A DNA stretch of 46,350 nt from an uncultured Candidatus Saccharibacteria bacterium (GCA_964371255.1 CAYJKV010000002.1:196553-242902), one strand, 5' to 3'; numbered from the stretch's first letter, positions 36,419 to 46,165 are shown. The notes: generated by a model from the letters alone, not told the origin. Numbers and translations: made by a program.

Positions 36419-39283
36419 TTAATCTGTCGTCTTGGCAAAGACCATCCCTGTCATCAGATCTTTTCTTAAAGCCCCTCGGTATATTAACGTGCGCTTCCCC
36501 TCCTGAGTGATACCCGACTCTGGCACGGTGTGAATAATATGCATACCATCTGGCAAATCTACCTGTACCCTCACCGTCGTTCGCATATCGCCCGGCTGTT
36601 TAACAACATAGGCACCAAATCGTCCCGCTGGATCTATTATACTTGGCCAATCAGCCATCTCGGCTAAGCGATAGCGGTAAAATACTACGCTAGTCTTACC
36701 CGGCTTGGTTACCACCCAGTTCGCAAAAAAAGTATAGCCGGCTTCTTCCCCAATCACTGTCCCGCTCTCATGAGCCCATTGCCCCGTCTGCCAATCCACC
36801 ACGTCCTCATCGGCCTTTAGGTGGTCAAAACTTTCCGGTACAACCATTTGGTTTATATCGGCCGGCGACGAAAATCCATCCGCTTCCAACAACTTTGCCC
36901 CTTTGGGCACTAATACTCTTTGGTATACAACATTATCCTTCTGCGCCGGATTTTCGTCGGGCGGATATTCAAAATCAGGCTGCTCAACATTTCCGCGGTG
37001 CTCCCGCTTAATCATCACCACTGCCTCAACCGTGCCATCCGGCATGACTTCTAACCGGTAATCAATTTCCTGCTCCATAAACTGATCACTCTTATGTCCC
37101 GCAATATTTGCGTTATTCACTGCCAACAACGCGGCTTGATCAACCGGCAGATCACCCGACCACCCGATTTTGGTCAGTTTAGTTTGCCAATTCTCGTTAT
37201 TCAAATAAACCAAAAACTGCTTTTCCTCAATCATTCTCATCATTCCTTCCAGCGCCGCCATCGAACTATTAGCATTGCCAGACAGCAAACGGTTAAGCAA
37301 GACTGGCGCTAGGTCCGCCAGGAATTTTTTCGGCTCGTTCAACTCCTTGTCGTATGAGTAACTCACTTGGTCCTGCGTTACTAGCCAAAAGTTATCATAG
37401 TTCACCTCAGCCTCATACCCCGGCACTTGAATCGGCCCTGTTACCTTAAGCAGTTCCCTGATCACCTCCGGCGTTAGCGCTATTACTCCATCTACCGTCG
37501 GCCCACCTTCCTTTTCAAAAAACTCTATAATCTTCCGTGCGCTGGCTGAATAATCCACGAACCAGTTGGCATCTCGCAAAAACCACCGGTTGGTAACAAT
37601 TTTTAATGGCTGCGGCGGTTCAATAAACTCCTTCAGCTGCCCGTCTGGATCATACACACTATTTATGTCAATCGCTTCCACCGCTCCTCTATCAATATGT
37701 ACTAAGCCAATACTGCCGATAAAACCGCCGGTTGGCCTCATCTCATGGTTATTTTGGAACACCAGCAAGTATTGCTTGTCCCGTTCTGCTCCCAACATCG
37801 ACAACACCACATCACTCCGTTCCATAAATCCCTTCAAAGCGGCTCTAATACGTTGGGTGCTTTCCGCCATAGTCGTCAATTGACCACTGATCTCCGGTGG
37901 GAGCACCACGCTGTCTATTTGGCCTAGCGACTTTTCTGCTTTGGCGAGCGCTTCCTCTGCCTGAGCAAATTCCGTTTTTGCGCCGGTGACTGCCGTAACA
38001 AACGTTTCTCCCTCTTGCCCTCGCAATAATTGATTCGCTCCCTGCGCTAAATGTTTGCCGGCAATCGATAGTTGTTCCCCGGCGGATAGAATCTCTTGCC
38101 CGGATCGCACCGTGCCCGTCACGTCAATCCAGCGCAGGACATTTTGCGATGACGCCATAGCGCCACCCAGTTCTGCCTGCGCTTCTTGAATCAACCTAGT
38201 CGCGTCACTAAACCCGGCTTCACTGGCCGCAAAATTTGTTTCGGCCAGCGCCGATGAAGCTGATATTAAACTCCCATATGCTTTTGCTGCTCTATCCTGC
38301 ACGCTGCCCATTACTTGCCAGCCGCGTCCTAGGCCGCTTAAGTTCCAAATGACGCCATAAGCCAATCCACAACCCACCACCAATATCATGGCATTTACGG
38401 CTACTTGTTTATTAAATACTGTTCTAAACATCTCCCCAATACTGCGGCCGCCAGATGAGATGACTTGCCCGCTGATTGGCAAATATCTGTTGGGCTGTTG
38501 GATAATGCCCCGCCGTGACCAGGTCTTATCCTGCCTGCCTTCTTCGCCCGTATCATCACTACCGTTCAACACCCGTTTATTACCACGACTAAATCTAGTC
38601 AGCAGCTCTATTGTGTCGCGTTTCTCCCTCCCGGAAGTGACATCACTGTTTGCGGCCGTTTGGGCTAAGCCACGTGGCCTGTCTGTCCGCTTAATAATTG
38701 GCTCACTCCCCTGCGGCCCAGGCTGCCTGTCATATCCTCTCGTCCCCGTTTTTGCCGGCTCGGTCCCGAACTGGTAAGGCATATCCCGCACACCAGCTGT
38801 CGCTAAGTCATAATTGGTTTGTCGTTTTGACCCAACCGCCGTTGTCCTTGCTTGTTTTTTGACGGCATTTCCCGCCCGTCTCTGCTGCCACGCTATTTTT
38901 CTTGGTTGTCTATGGCTAGTCATGACTGGCGATTTTCCGCCGGCCACCCGCTCGCTTCTGGCTATCGCGCTAATATACGGGGGAGCGGAAACCTGCACTT
39001 CCGGACGGGATCTCATATAAACATCACCGGTATGATGTTCAGCACCGCTATTCTTGCTGTATGATGGGGGCCGCCGGGCTGGCTGTTCTGTTATTATCGG
39101 CCGCCTCTCAAAGTCGATCCTGTTCTCCTGTTTTCTTACCAGTTGTTTTTCTTTGCGCAATTCTTGCCTTATCGGCCGCCTTAAGCGAGCCGGCAACTTA
39201 TATTGGAGTCGTAAAACCTTCTCCTTGGGAACATTCTTCACTGCTTTTTGAACACCACCATTACACGGCACTATGTCTTGCAT
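36419..39283 (-). CDS. DUF4012-domain envelope protein with a long basic N-terminal disordered region
   Basis: About 300 aa of Arg/Lys/Pro/Gln-rich sequence precede one TM helix (VAVNAMILVVGCGLAYGVIW) and a large ectodomain. The ectodomain carries the DUF4012-like block KQYLLVFQNNHEMRPTGGFIGSIGLV. Confidence 0.65.
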   Translation of the reverse strand: MQDIVPCNGGVQKAVKNVPKEKVLRLQYKLPARLRRPIRQELRKEKQLVRKQENRIDFERRPIITEQPARRPPSYSKNSGAEHHTGDVYMRSRPEVQVSAPPYISAIARSERVAGGKSPVMTSHRQPRKIAWQQRRAGNAVKKQARTTAVGSKRQTNYDLATAGVRDMPYQFGTEPAKTGTRGYDRQPGPQGSEPIIKRTDRPRGLAQTAANSDVTSGREKRDTIELLTRFSRGNKRVLNGSDDTGEEGRQDKTWSRRGIIQQPNRYLPISGQVISSGGRSIGEMFRTVFNKQVAVNAMILVVGCGLAYGVIWNLSGLGRGWQVMGSVQDRAAKAYGSLISASSALAETNFAASEAGFSDATRLIQEAQAELGGAMASSQNVLRWIDVTGTVRSGQEILSAGEQLSIAGKHLAQGANQLLRGQEGETFVTAVTGAKTEFAQAEEALAKAEKSLGQIDSVVLPPEISGQLTTMAESTQRIRAALKGFMERSDVVLSMLGAERDKQYLLVFQNNHEMRPTGGFIGSIGLVHIDRGAVEAIDINSVYDPDGQLKEFIEPPQPLKIVTNRWFLRDANWFVDYSASARKIIEFFEKEGGPTVDGVIALTPEVIRELLKVTGPIQVPGYEAEVNYDNFWLVTQDQVSYSYDKELNEPKKFLADLAPVLLNRLLSGNANSSMAALEGMMRMIEEKQFLVYLNNENWQTKLTKIGWSGDLPVDQAALLAVNNANIAGHKSDQFMEQEIDYRLEVMPDGTVEAVVMIKREHRGNVEQPDFEYPPDENPAQKDNVVYQRVLVPKGAKLLEADGFSSPADINQMVVPESFDHLKADEDVVDWQTGQWAHESGTVIGEEAGYTFFANWVVTKPGKTSVVFYRYRLAEMADWPSIIDPAGRFGAYVVKQPGDMRTTVRVQVDLPDGMHIIHTVPESGITQEGKRTLIYRGALRKDLMTGMVFAKTTD

Positions 39284-39315
39284 GTACCAATTTTAGCACA
39301 TCTGCATTATTTTCT

Positions 39316-40467
39316 TCACTCATTATGGTGGATTAATTTTCCCCCATCCGCCACTTGGCGATAAAAATTTAAGGTCTGCCTAGCACAATGTTCCCAGCGG
39401 AAGCTATCGGCTCGCTTTTTACCAGCGGTGACTAGCTTCTGGGCATAGGGTCGGTCCGTCAGCACTTTTTCCATGGCCCGCTCGATATCTGCCGTATTTT
39501 CCGGGTTCACATAAGCTGCCGCCTCTCCCATCACTTCCGGCAGACTTGTCACATTCGCCGTCACCACCGGGATACCGCACGCCGCCGCCTCAATCGCGGG
39601 CAGCCCAAATCCTTCATACAAGCTTGGGAATACTAACATCTCCGCTCCCGCATACAATGCCGGTAATAATTCATCTTCCAAGTGGCCAACAAATTTTATT
39701 CTGTTTTCATTAATACCAAGACCCGCCGCCAATCTTTTGGCGTCCACGAATCCCGGTTTAGCCTGGCCGGTCAGTACCAAGTCAATCTCTTTATGATTTT
39801 TAGCCACTGTGGCAAACGCTGCTAATAAACGGGGTAGGTTTTTATGGTTCATCCATACGCCAACGTAGAGCAAGTATTTCCGGCAGTTCACTCTCCGCCG
39901 TATTTCCTGCCGGGTTTTTTCTGTCCTCTCTTTTAAAAACCGCTCTTCTACCCCCTCATAAATTACCTTCATGAGTCTAGGCACTTTGATCGGCAAACCA
40001 TTTAACTCATTCCTCGTCGCTTGCGATACAAATATAGTGCCGGCTGCTCGTTCCACCGCCTGTTTAAAAACCCGCTCATAAACAATCTGTTTGATGAGTC
40101 CCTGTTCCCTTTGTCCTGGGAAAATAAACCTGGTTATATCATGGACGGTAACTACATACGGCTTCCGCCACAGCAACGGGACATTAAAATTCGGAAAGTG
40201 CCACAAATCTGCCCGGACACTTTGCGCCTGCCGCCAGAAGACTGTTTGTTCTCGCCACGTATAATATGAACTATCAACTACTTTGAGGGACATATTGCTG
40301 GCTGCTGCCACCACTGTGTTAGCTTGGTACAGTTCCTGGTCTTCCGAACCGATTAAAATTACATACTCATTTTCCTCATCAATCAAGGCAAGCCCGGATA
40401 TCAAATTCCGCACATATCTGCCCACCCCCGCCCATGCCCAGGCACGCGCGTCTATGGCAATAATCAT
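39316..40467 (-). CDS. GT4-family glycosyltransferase
   Basis: It carries EGFGLPAIEAAACGIPVVTANVTSLPEVMG. It is a paralog of 40533..41681 (VTVHDITRFIFP versus VTVHDLSYELFP). Confidence 0.85.
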   Translation of the reverse strand: MIIAIDARAWAWAGVGRYVRNLISGLALIDEENEYVILIGSEDQELYQANTVVAAASNMSLKVVDSSYYTWREQTVFWRQAQSVRADLWHFPNFNVPLLWRKPYVVTVHDITRFIFPGQREQGLIKQIVYERVFKQAVERAAGTIFVSQATRNELNGLPIKVPRLMKVIYEGVEERFLKERTEKTRQEIRRRVNCRKYLLYVGVWMNHKNLPRLLAAFATVAKNHKEIDLVLTGQAKPGFVDAKRLAAGLGINENRIKFVGHLEDELLPALYAGAEMLVFPSLYEGFGLPAIEAAACGIPVVTANVTSLPEVMGEAAAYVNPENTADIERAMEKVLTDRPYAQKLVTAGKKRADSFRWEHCARQTLNFYRQVADGGKLIHHNE

Positions 40468-40532
40468 TCCTTAAGATTAATCCCGTCTCGCCTGCGCGCA
40501 AGGCTTACTGAACTAGTCTCAGACTTTCTTTG

Positions 40533-41681
40533 TTATTTGCCTTGTCCAACTTGCTCCAATACTGCTGCCGTTTGGCCGGCCGCTACCCGCCAGGAAAATT
40601 TTTGTTCAATTCTCCTTCTGACATCCGGGGTAATTTTTGGCAAATCACGTAATAATTCTTTTACTACCAGAGCTAACTCCGCTACGTCATAAGGATTAAC
40701 CATGATCGCGAACTCTCCCGCCACCTCAGGCAAAGAAGAATTATTAGATATAATGACCGGCGTACCCGCCAATAACGCCTCCAGCGGTGGAAAACCAAAA
40801 CCCTCATAGAAGCTGGGATATATAAATATATCGGCCGCGCTGTACAATGCCTGCTTCTCAGCCTGTGTAACATATCCAATCTGATGTATCTTATCCTTGG
40901 CTGTTGATTTTTTCACCGCTCGCCTAATCTCCCCGCCTAACCAGCCTTTTTCACCGGCGATAACTAAATGATGCGGAATTTCTGCAGCAATTGCGGTAAA
41001 AGCCTCAATAATGCTGACGATATTTTTCCTCGGTTCCAAAGTCCCTAAGTACAAAATGAATTTTTCCGGCCAATGATTGTGAGGCGTCAGTGGATTGCCT
41101 GCCGCATACTCGTCAGACTGCCTGTTGTCTTTCGTTGCTTCGGCACCCGAGTAAACGACTGACACCCGATTTGGACTTAGCTGATACAATCTAACCAAAT
41201 CGTCTTTGGTCGCCTGCGACACCGCAATGACTCGCGCCGCTTTTGTCACTAGTCTTTTCGGCTTCATAAACTTGTGCCATAATCGCCTGCGCCATGAGTA
41301 AAACTCCGGGAAAAGCTCATATGACAAATCATGCACAGTGACCACCAGTGGTGTATTGACCACTGGCATTAATCTCGCATTCGGTACAAATATGACGTCC
41401 ATCTTAACACGAGCCTGGCGTTCAATCATTTTGTCCCACCGCGGTCTGTTAAACGCGAACTGGCATAAATTCAACAGTTTGTTGGGATATCTAAAGGACA
41501 CGACTCTTACTTTTGTCCCAAAATCCGGCAACGTAATTTTTTTCCAGGAGTTATAAAACAATACCCAGGTGTATTGCGGAGCTTGTTCAACCATGGTTCG
41601 AATAATCTTGACGGCGTATTCCTCGACACCGCTATGCCTGCCCTCCATCAAAGATCGGACATCGACACCGACTATCATCAC
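40533..41681 (-). CDS. GT4-family glycosyltransferase
   Basis: It carries EGFGFPPLEALLAGTPVIISNNSSLPEVAG. Confidence 0.85.
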   Translation of the reverse strand: MMIVGVDVRSLMEGRHSGVEEYAVKIIRTMVEQAPQYTWVLFYNSWKKITLPDFGTKVRVVSFRYPNKLLNLCQFAFNRPRWDKMIERQARVKMDVIFVPNARLMPVVNTPLVVTVHDLSYELFPEFYSWRRRLWHKFMKPKRLVTKAARVIAVSQATKDDLVRLYQLSPNRVSVVYSGAEATKDNRQSDEYAAGNPLTPHNHWPEKFILYLGTLEPRKNIVSIIEAFTAIAAEIPHHLVIAGEKGWLGGEIRRAVKKSTAKDKIHQIGYVTQAEKQALYSAADIFIYPSFYEGFGFPPLEALLAGTPVIISNNSSLPEVAGEFAIMVNPYDVAELALVVKELLRDLPKITPDVRRRIEQKFSWRVAAGQTAAVLEQVGQGK

Positions 41682-41742
41682 TCTGAGTTAATCCGGTTTA
41701 ATTTTTCGCTCGTAATCCCCACCATGTTTTTTGGCACATAAA

Positions 41743-42375
41743 TTATTCTCTTTCGTCTGTGGCTCCCTCAATCAAGCTGGCTTTCAATAACACCAAGTTG
41801 AGACCGCCGAACAGTACCACCACAAACGTGCCGACGGCGATTGTTACTGCTGCTACGCTGTTGACCCCTGTCCATGGCTCGGTTGGCACTACTTCGAACT
41901 TTAAAGCGGGTATCCCATCAGTCTGGTATCTCGCTATATTTTCCTTCATAACCTCTTGTAACCCTTCTGCTAAGCTTTGCGCCGCTTCCCTCTCCGAATG
42001 ACGAACAACTATTTGCACCAATTGAGGTCCTGTCTTATTTGCTTCCACTGACCTTAGCATGGCCCGCGGCACCAAGCTTGGTACTGCCAAATTGGACCGT
42101 TCGTATGCCGCCGCAATAACCTCTGGCGTCTTGGCCCACGCGGCTAGCGTAGCCGTAAATAAATCCGTCGCCGACAACGCGTAATACCCATCATATCGGA
42201 AATCCCCGCCCGCTTCGCGTTCGCTTAACGATACTAAATATGAAAAGTGTACCTGATAATCCGGTTCGATCCTTTCCGCCCAGACAAAAGCCAGTACGGC
42301 GGCGGCGGCACTAATCAATACCAACCCCCAACCGGCTCTTCTCAGGGCTGTTTCGTAGTAGTAGTAATCAAACAT
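41743..42375 (-). CDS. Short Wzz/CapA-like polysaccharide co-polymerase (chain-length determinant) candidate
   Basis: The 210-aa protein has TM1 (GWGLVLISAAAAVLAFVWA), an extracytoplasmic domain of about 140 aa, and TM2 (VAAVTIAVGTFVVVLFGGLNLVLL). Context is the main support. Confidence 0.5.
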   Translation of the reverse strand: MFDYYYYETALRRAGWGLVLISAAAAVLAFVWAERIEPDYQVHFSYLVSLSEREAGGDFRYDGYYALSATDLFTATLAAWAKTPEVIAAAYERSNLAVPSLVPRAMLRSVEANKTGPQLVQIVVRHSEREAAQSLAEGLQEVMKENIARYQTDGIPALKFEVVPTEPWTGVNSVAAVTIAVGTFVVVLFGGLNLVLLKASLIEGATDERE

Positions 42376-42387
42376 ATCGGTAACCCT

Positions 42388-43500
42388 TTATTGTTGCCCA
42401 CGCCGCTGCCACTGGCAATACTCATTATTCACAATGTCTTCTATGCCCCTGATAAATGATTCCTTGCTGAACTTCTCAGCATGCCTTCTAATTTCGGCCG
42501 GATCAAACCTCATTTTTTCCCATCGCTGGATTCCTTCTTTGAGACTGACAACTGTTTGCCGGGGGAAAAATATACCTGTCCTTCCATCCGCAATTGTTTC
42601 CAACGCCCCGCCTGCCCCATAAGCGATCGTCGGCCGGCCGCTGGCTGCTGCTTCCAATGGCGTTATACCAAAATCTTCTTCCTGCGGAAACAACAGGGCT
42701 TTTGCTCCCCGATAAACCAATGGCAGCTTTTCATCCGGCACAAAACCCAAAAAACTAGTCCACTGCTTAGCACGCCGGCGTAATATTTTCTCTTCCGGTC
42801 CCACGCCAACAATTTTTAAGGGATATCCCAGTTCTTCGCAGGCATCAATCGCCAATTCAATTCGTTTGTAAGGTACCAGCCTGGCCACCACTAAAAAATA
42901 TTCGTCCGTATGCGGACTGTTACTGAAAACTTCTAAGTTGACCGGCGGCGCGACTACTTGCGCTTCTCGCCGGTAATATTTCTTAATTCTTTTCGCCACA
43001 TACTTAGACAAAGTGATATAAGCATGGACACGCTGCGCCGCGTAGTAATCCCATAACCTGATATATGACAAGGCCAACGGTGCCATCCGCTGTAATAAAC
43101 GCCCAGGTGCAAATTCCCGTACGTAGCGGTGGCTATCGTCCCAAGCATATCTTATAGGTGTAAAGCAATAAGAGATATGCATCGTGTTGGGTCCCACAAT
43201 TACCCCTTTCCCAAAACTGTGGCTGGCTGATAGCACCACGTCATATTGCTCCAGATTGAATTGCTCCACTGCCAACGGCATTAGCGCTAAAGGAAAATAT
43301 CTGTGCGGCTTTTTTGCTCCTGGAAAATTCTGTAAAAATGAATGGCGCACCCGTTTTTCATCAATGATCCGGCCGACCGCTGCTTTATCATAAACTGTCG
43401 TATAAACCGGCGCGTTCGGATAAAGCTGCATTAATGCTTCCAATACCCGCTCCGCTCCGCCCATGTGAGTCAGATAATCGTGTACTAATGCTACACGCAT
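42388..43500 (-). CDS. GT4-family glycosyltransferase
   Basis: It carries MRVALVHDYLTHMGGAERV and EEDFGITPLEAAASGRPTIAYGAGGALETI. Confidence 0.85.
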   Translation of the reverse strand: MRVALVHDYLTHMGGAERVLEALMQLYPNAPVYTTVYDKAAVGRIIDEKRVRHSFLQNFPGAKKPHRYFPLALMPLAVEQFNLEQYDVVLSASHSFGKGVIVGPNTMHISYCFTPIRYAWDDSHRYVREFAPGRLLQRMAPLALSYIRLWDYYAAQRVHAYITLSKYVAKRIKKYYRREAQVVAPPVNLEVFSNSPHTDEYFLVVARLVPYKRIELAIDACEELGYPLKIVGVGPEEKILRRRAKQWTSFLGFVPDEKLPLVYRGAKALLFPQEEDFGITPLEAAASGRPTIAYGAGGALETIADGRTGIFFPRQTVVSLKEGIQRWEKMRFDPAEIRRHAEKFSKESFIRGIEDIVNNEYCQWQRRGQQ

Positions 43501-43703
43501 ATTGTTATCCCCCTGTCAGCCATCGATCTATTCTACCCGTCTGTACTCATTCTGTTAAGGCCTGCCCCTGCAAATCTTAAAGCCTAAAACGCAAAACGAC
43601 TTTAGGTTTCACTGCGCAACTAACAAAGTCAAACAGCATTGTAAGCTTTAAACTGTTATTTTTCGCTATGCGTTTTCGTATTTCTCTTTTTGAATTTCTT
43701 ATT

Positions 43704-43733
43704 TGTTTCGGATTTCGCATGTTTCGGATTTCG
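43704..43733. repeat. Tandem 14 bp direct repeat in an intra-cluster spacer
   Basis: TGTTTCGGATTTCG occurs at 43704-43717 and 43720-43733, with a 16 bp period. On the minus strand it reads CGAAATCCGAAACA twice, within a longer run of (C/A)GAAA motifs. Confidence 0.7.
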
Positions 43734-43743
43734 AATTTCTCGT

Positions 43744-45165
43744 CTACACTGCATTCCTGTCCGTAAACAAAATTTTCACTGTCTTAAGAAGCAACAATAA
43801 ATCTAATTTCAAAGACCAATCTTCAATATAACCAATATCTAATTTGGCTTCTTGCTCAAAAGGCAATCCAGCGTTGCCGTTAACCTGCGCCATCCCCGTC
43901 ATCCCCGGTTTGATAGTAAATAATTTATTATGCCGCTTTTCATACGACGCGATCTCTTTCGGTAAATGCGGTCGTGGTCCAACCAGGCTCATTTCCCCCT
44001 TCAAGACGTTTATTAACTGGGGTAGCTCGTCTATTCTAGTCTTGCGTAGCACTCGCCCTACCTTTGTTATCCGCGGATCGTTCTTCATCTTAAATAGCGG
44101 CCCGCTCCTTTCGTTATGACCAGCCCGCAGAACCGCTTCATATTGATCAGCTTGCTCACCGCCATAACGGTGCCCCGTACAATACTTGGACCACATTGTC
44201 CGGAACTTAAATATTTCAAACTCCTTCTGATTTCGTCCCACCCGGTTTTGTCTGTAAAACACTAGCCCCGCACTTTCAAGCTTTATCAATAAAGCGGTTA
44301 CCAACAGGACAGGCGATAATATGATTAATCCAACAATGGCGCCAATAATATCCATTGCTCTTTTTGCCACCCGTCCCCACCCATCCAGCGGTGTCCGCAT
44401 TAATTCCATCAGTGGCACCCCTTCTATTTGTCGAAATCTGATATGCGACGCGTATGTCTCATACAAATCAGGAATATATTTGTAATCAATTTTGTATTGG
44501 TCGCAAAATTCCAGCAGCATCAAATCGTCGCTCTCCGGCAAAGTCGGATCGGTTTTAATTACGTCATCGATTCCTTTCTCCTTATAGATTGCCTCTAGGC
44601 ACTCCCGGTTCGGTTTCTCTATCATGGCCACTACCCGATAACCCAAGGCCGATTTTTTCTCGAATTTATCCGCTAAGTAACCGGCGAATCGGCCATTGCC
44701 GACCAGCGCTACACGATAAACACCAAAACCATGCGTGAGCAGCCATAACTGGATTTCCCTTACCCCCCACCGTCCAGCGGATACCATGACAATTGCCAAT
44801 ACATAAGCTGCCAATAATATAAACCGGGACTGAAACAACTCCGCACTCAAGAATATCGCGCCAATCACTCCCATTACGCCAATTGATATCCCGGAAAATA
44901 TTTTCATCAACTCGTCGTATAAACGCCGCGTCACCCGAATCGCATACAGGCCATGCAGGGCAAAAATTACGACGATCACAGCCGCCACCATCGCGGTTAG
45001 CTGCATGTACTCCTGAATCGGCAAATCAACAATAAAGATTGCTGGCCTCACTTCTTGGATGAATTCGCTCATACGCAACAGGTATGCCAAAGCCCCGGCC
45101 AACATGATCGCCGTAAAGTCGATTGGTACCAATATTGCTGCAAAAAATAGTTCCGATCTTTTCAT
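43744..45165 (-). CDS. Polyprenyl-phosphate hexose-1-phosphate transferase, large WbaP/EpsL-type phosphoglycosyltransferase (initiating enzyme)
   Basis: It has N-terminal TM bundles and a central Rossmann-like [11 protein letters not shown]. The C-terminal bacterial sugar-transferase domain carries [20 protein letters not shown] and [23 protein letters not shown]. Confidence 0.9.
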   Translation of the reverse strand: MKRSELFFAAILVPIDFTAIMLAGALAYLLRMSEFIQEVRPAIFIVDLPIQEYMQLTAMVAAVIVVIFALHGLYAIRVTRRLYDELMKIFSGISIGVMGVIGAIFLSAELFQSRFILLAAYVLAIVMVSAGRWGVREIQLWLLTHGFGVYRVALVGNGRFAGYLADKFEKKSALGYRVVAMIEKPNRECLEAIYKEKGIDDVIKTDPTLPESDDLMLLEFCDQYKIDYKYIPDLYETYASHIRFRQIEGVPLMELMRTPLDGWGRVAKRAMDIIGAIVGLIILSPVLLVTALLIKLESAGLVFYRQNRVGRNQKEFEIFKFRTMWSKYCTGHRYGGEQADQYEAVLRAGHNERSGPLFKMKNDPRITKVGRVLRKTRIDELPQLINVLKGEMSLVGPRPHLPKEIASYEKRHNKLFTIKPGMTGMAQVNGNAGLPFEQEAKLDIGYIEDWSLKLDLLLLLKTVKILFTDRNAV

Positions 45166-45470
45166 AGGCTATTTCCACTCATTAAAAATCATGCTCTTAT
45201 CCTTAGCAGCCTCTCCCATCACAATTTTCCTTTTCCACCGCATCCGCCTTCATGTACCAGCCCTATTACAGTTACCGTTCGAACTTCAAACTGCTTTGAT
45301 TTTTCAAGCATAAGTCACCACCCTACCCCTAACAGACATATATGTCAACCATGACTGACATTCGCTTCTCATTGTACGACTCTTTATCTGTTAACCACAA
45401 TATTGCTGCCGTCAATAATGCAGAAATATTCCTCCTCCACCCTTTGGTCTTGTTTTCTGAGCCGCGGTCT

Positions 45471-45500
45471 ATAATAAAAAATCCGCTATTAAATGCGGAT
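45471..45500 (-). terminator. Rho-independent terminator of rnpB
   Basis: On the minus strand: AUCCGC, loop AUUUAAUA, GCGGAU, then UUUUUAUUAU. It begins 8 nt after the 3' strand of P1. Confidence 0.75.
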
Positions 45501-45508
45501 CCTTTATT

Positions 45509-46130
45509 GCCAAGACAGGTTATAAGCCGGATTCTGTCTGGCCGGTTCAACACCGGCCATGCTGGCCATCTATCTGTGGTCTGCTTCGCAGCACACCTCA
45601 AATTCATCGAGATGAATTTTGCCTCCTACCTGCTAGACACTAAGTGACTAGCTGCTTGGAGTTGCACCGAGTGGGGCTTGCCCCAGATGAATATTACTAT
45701 TCACCCGCGTGGTCTCTTACTTCGCCTCGCCGTAGCGAAACTATACCCGCGAAGGCGGGCACCGCGATTTCACCCTTACCCCCACACCTGTTTGGTATAT
45801 ATTGCCCGAGGCAATATCATAATCAGAAAATGTCTGGTATAAAAATAGATGCTTAAATAGAAACCGAGTAGTTTTCTAAACTTTACTTATACCAAACAGG
45901 TGTGGGGGCGGTATGTTTCTGTTGCGCTCTTCGCCTAATCGAAAGCAGCGAACGATATACACGTGTGCGTATCGTTCACCTGTCTTCCTTTCATCGGTCC
46001 CTCAGCTTCGCCCCGCAATAGCGGGGCTTATACTGGGCAGACGTTATCTGCCACTCATATGTTGTTAAACAACATGGTGTCCGGACTTTCCTCTCTGCCA
46101 AAAGCAGAGCAGCCATCCACCTATCTTGGC
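45509..46130 (-). ncRNA. rnpB: RNase P RNA (bacterial type A architecture), unusually long at about 622 nt
   Basis: Several conserved elements appear on the minus strand. The P4 5' strand GAGGAAAGUCCGG is at 46081-46093. GCGCAACAGAAACAUACCGCC and GGUAAGGGUGAAA are present, as is GUAAGAGACCAC. The P4 3' strand ACAGAAUCCGGCUUAU is at 45522-45537. P1 pairs GCCAAGAUAGGU (46130-46119) with ACCUGUCUUGGC (45520-45509). A consensus promoter places the predicted +1 at the P1 5' end, and a terminator follows. Confidence 0.92.
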
Positions 46131-46136
46131 CCTAAC

Positions 46137-46165
46137 ACTATAACAACATTTCATAAACACGTCAA
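46137..46165 (-). promoter_or_regulatory. Near-consensus sigma70 promoter of rnpB
   Basis: On the minus strand: TTGACG (46165-46160), a 17 nt spacer, then TATAGT (46142-46137). Six nt later comes the predicted RNA 5' end at 46130. Confidence 0.7.
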
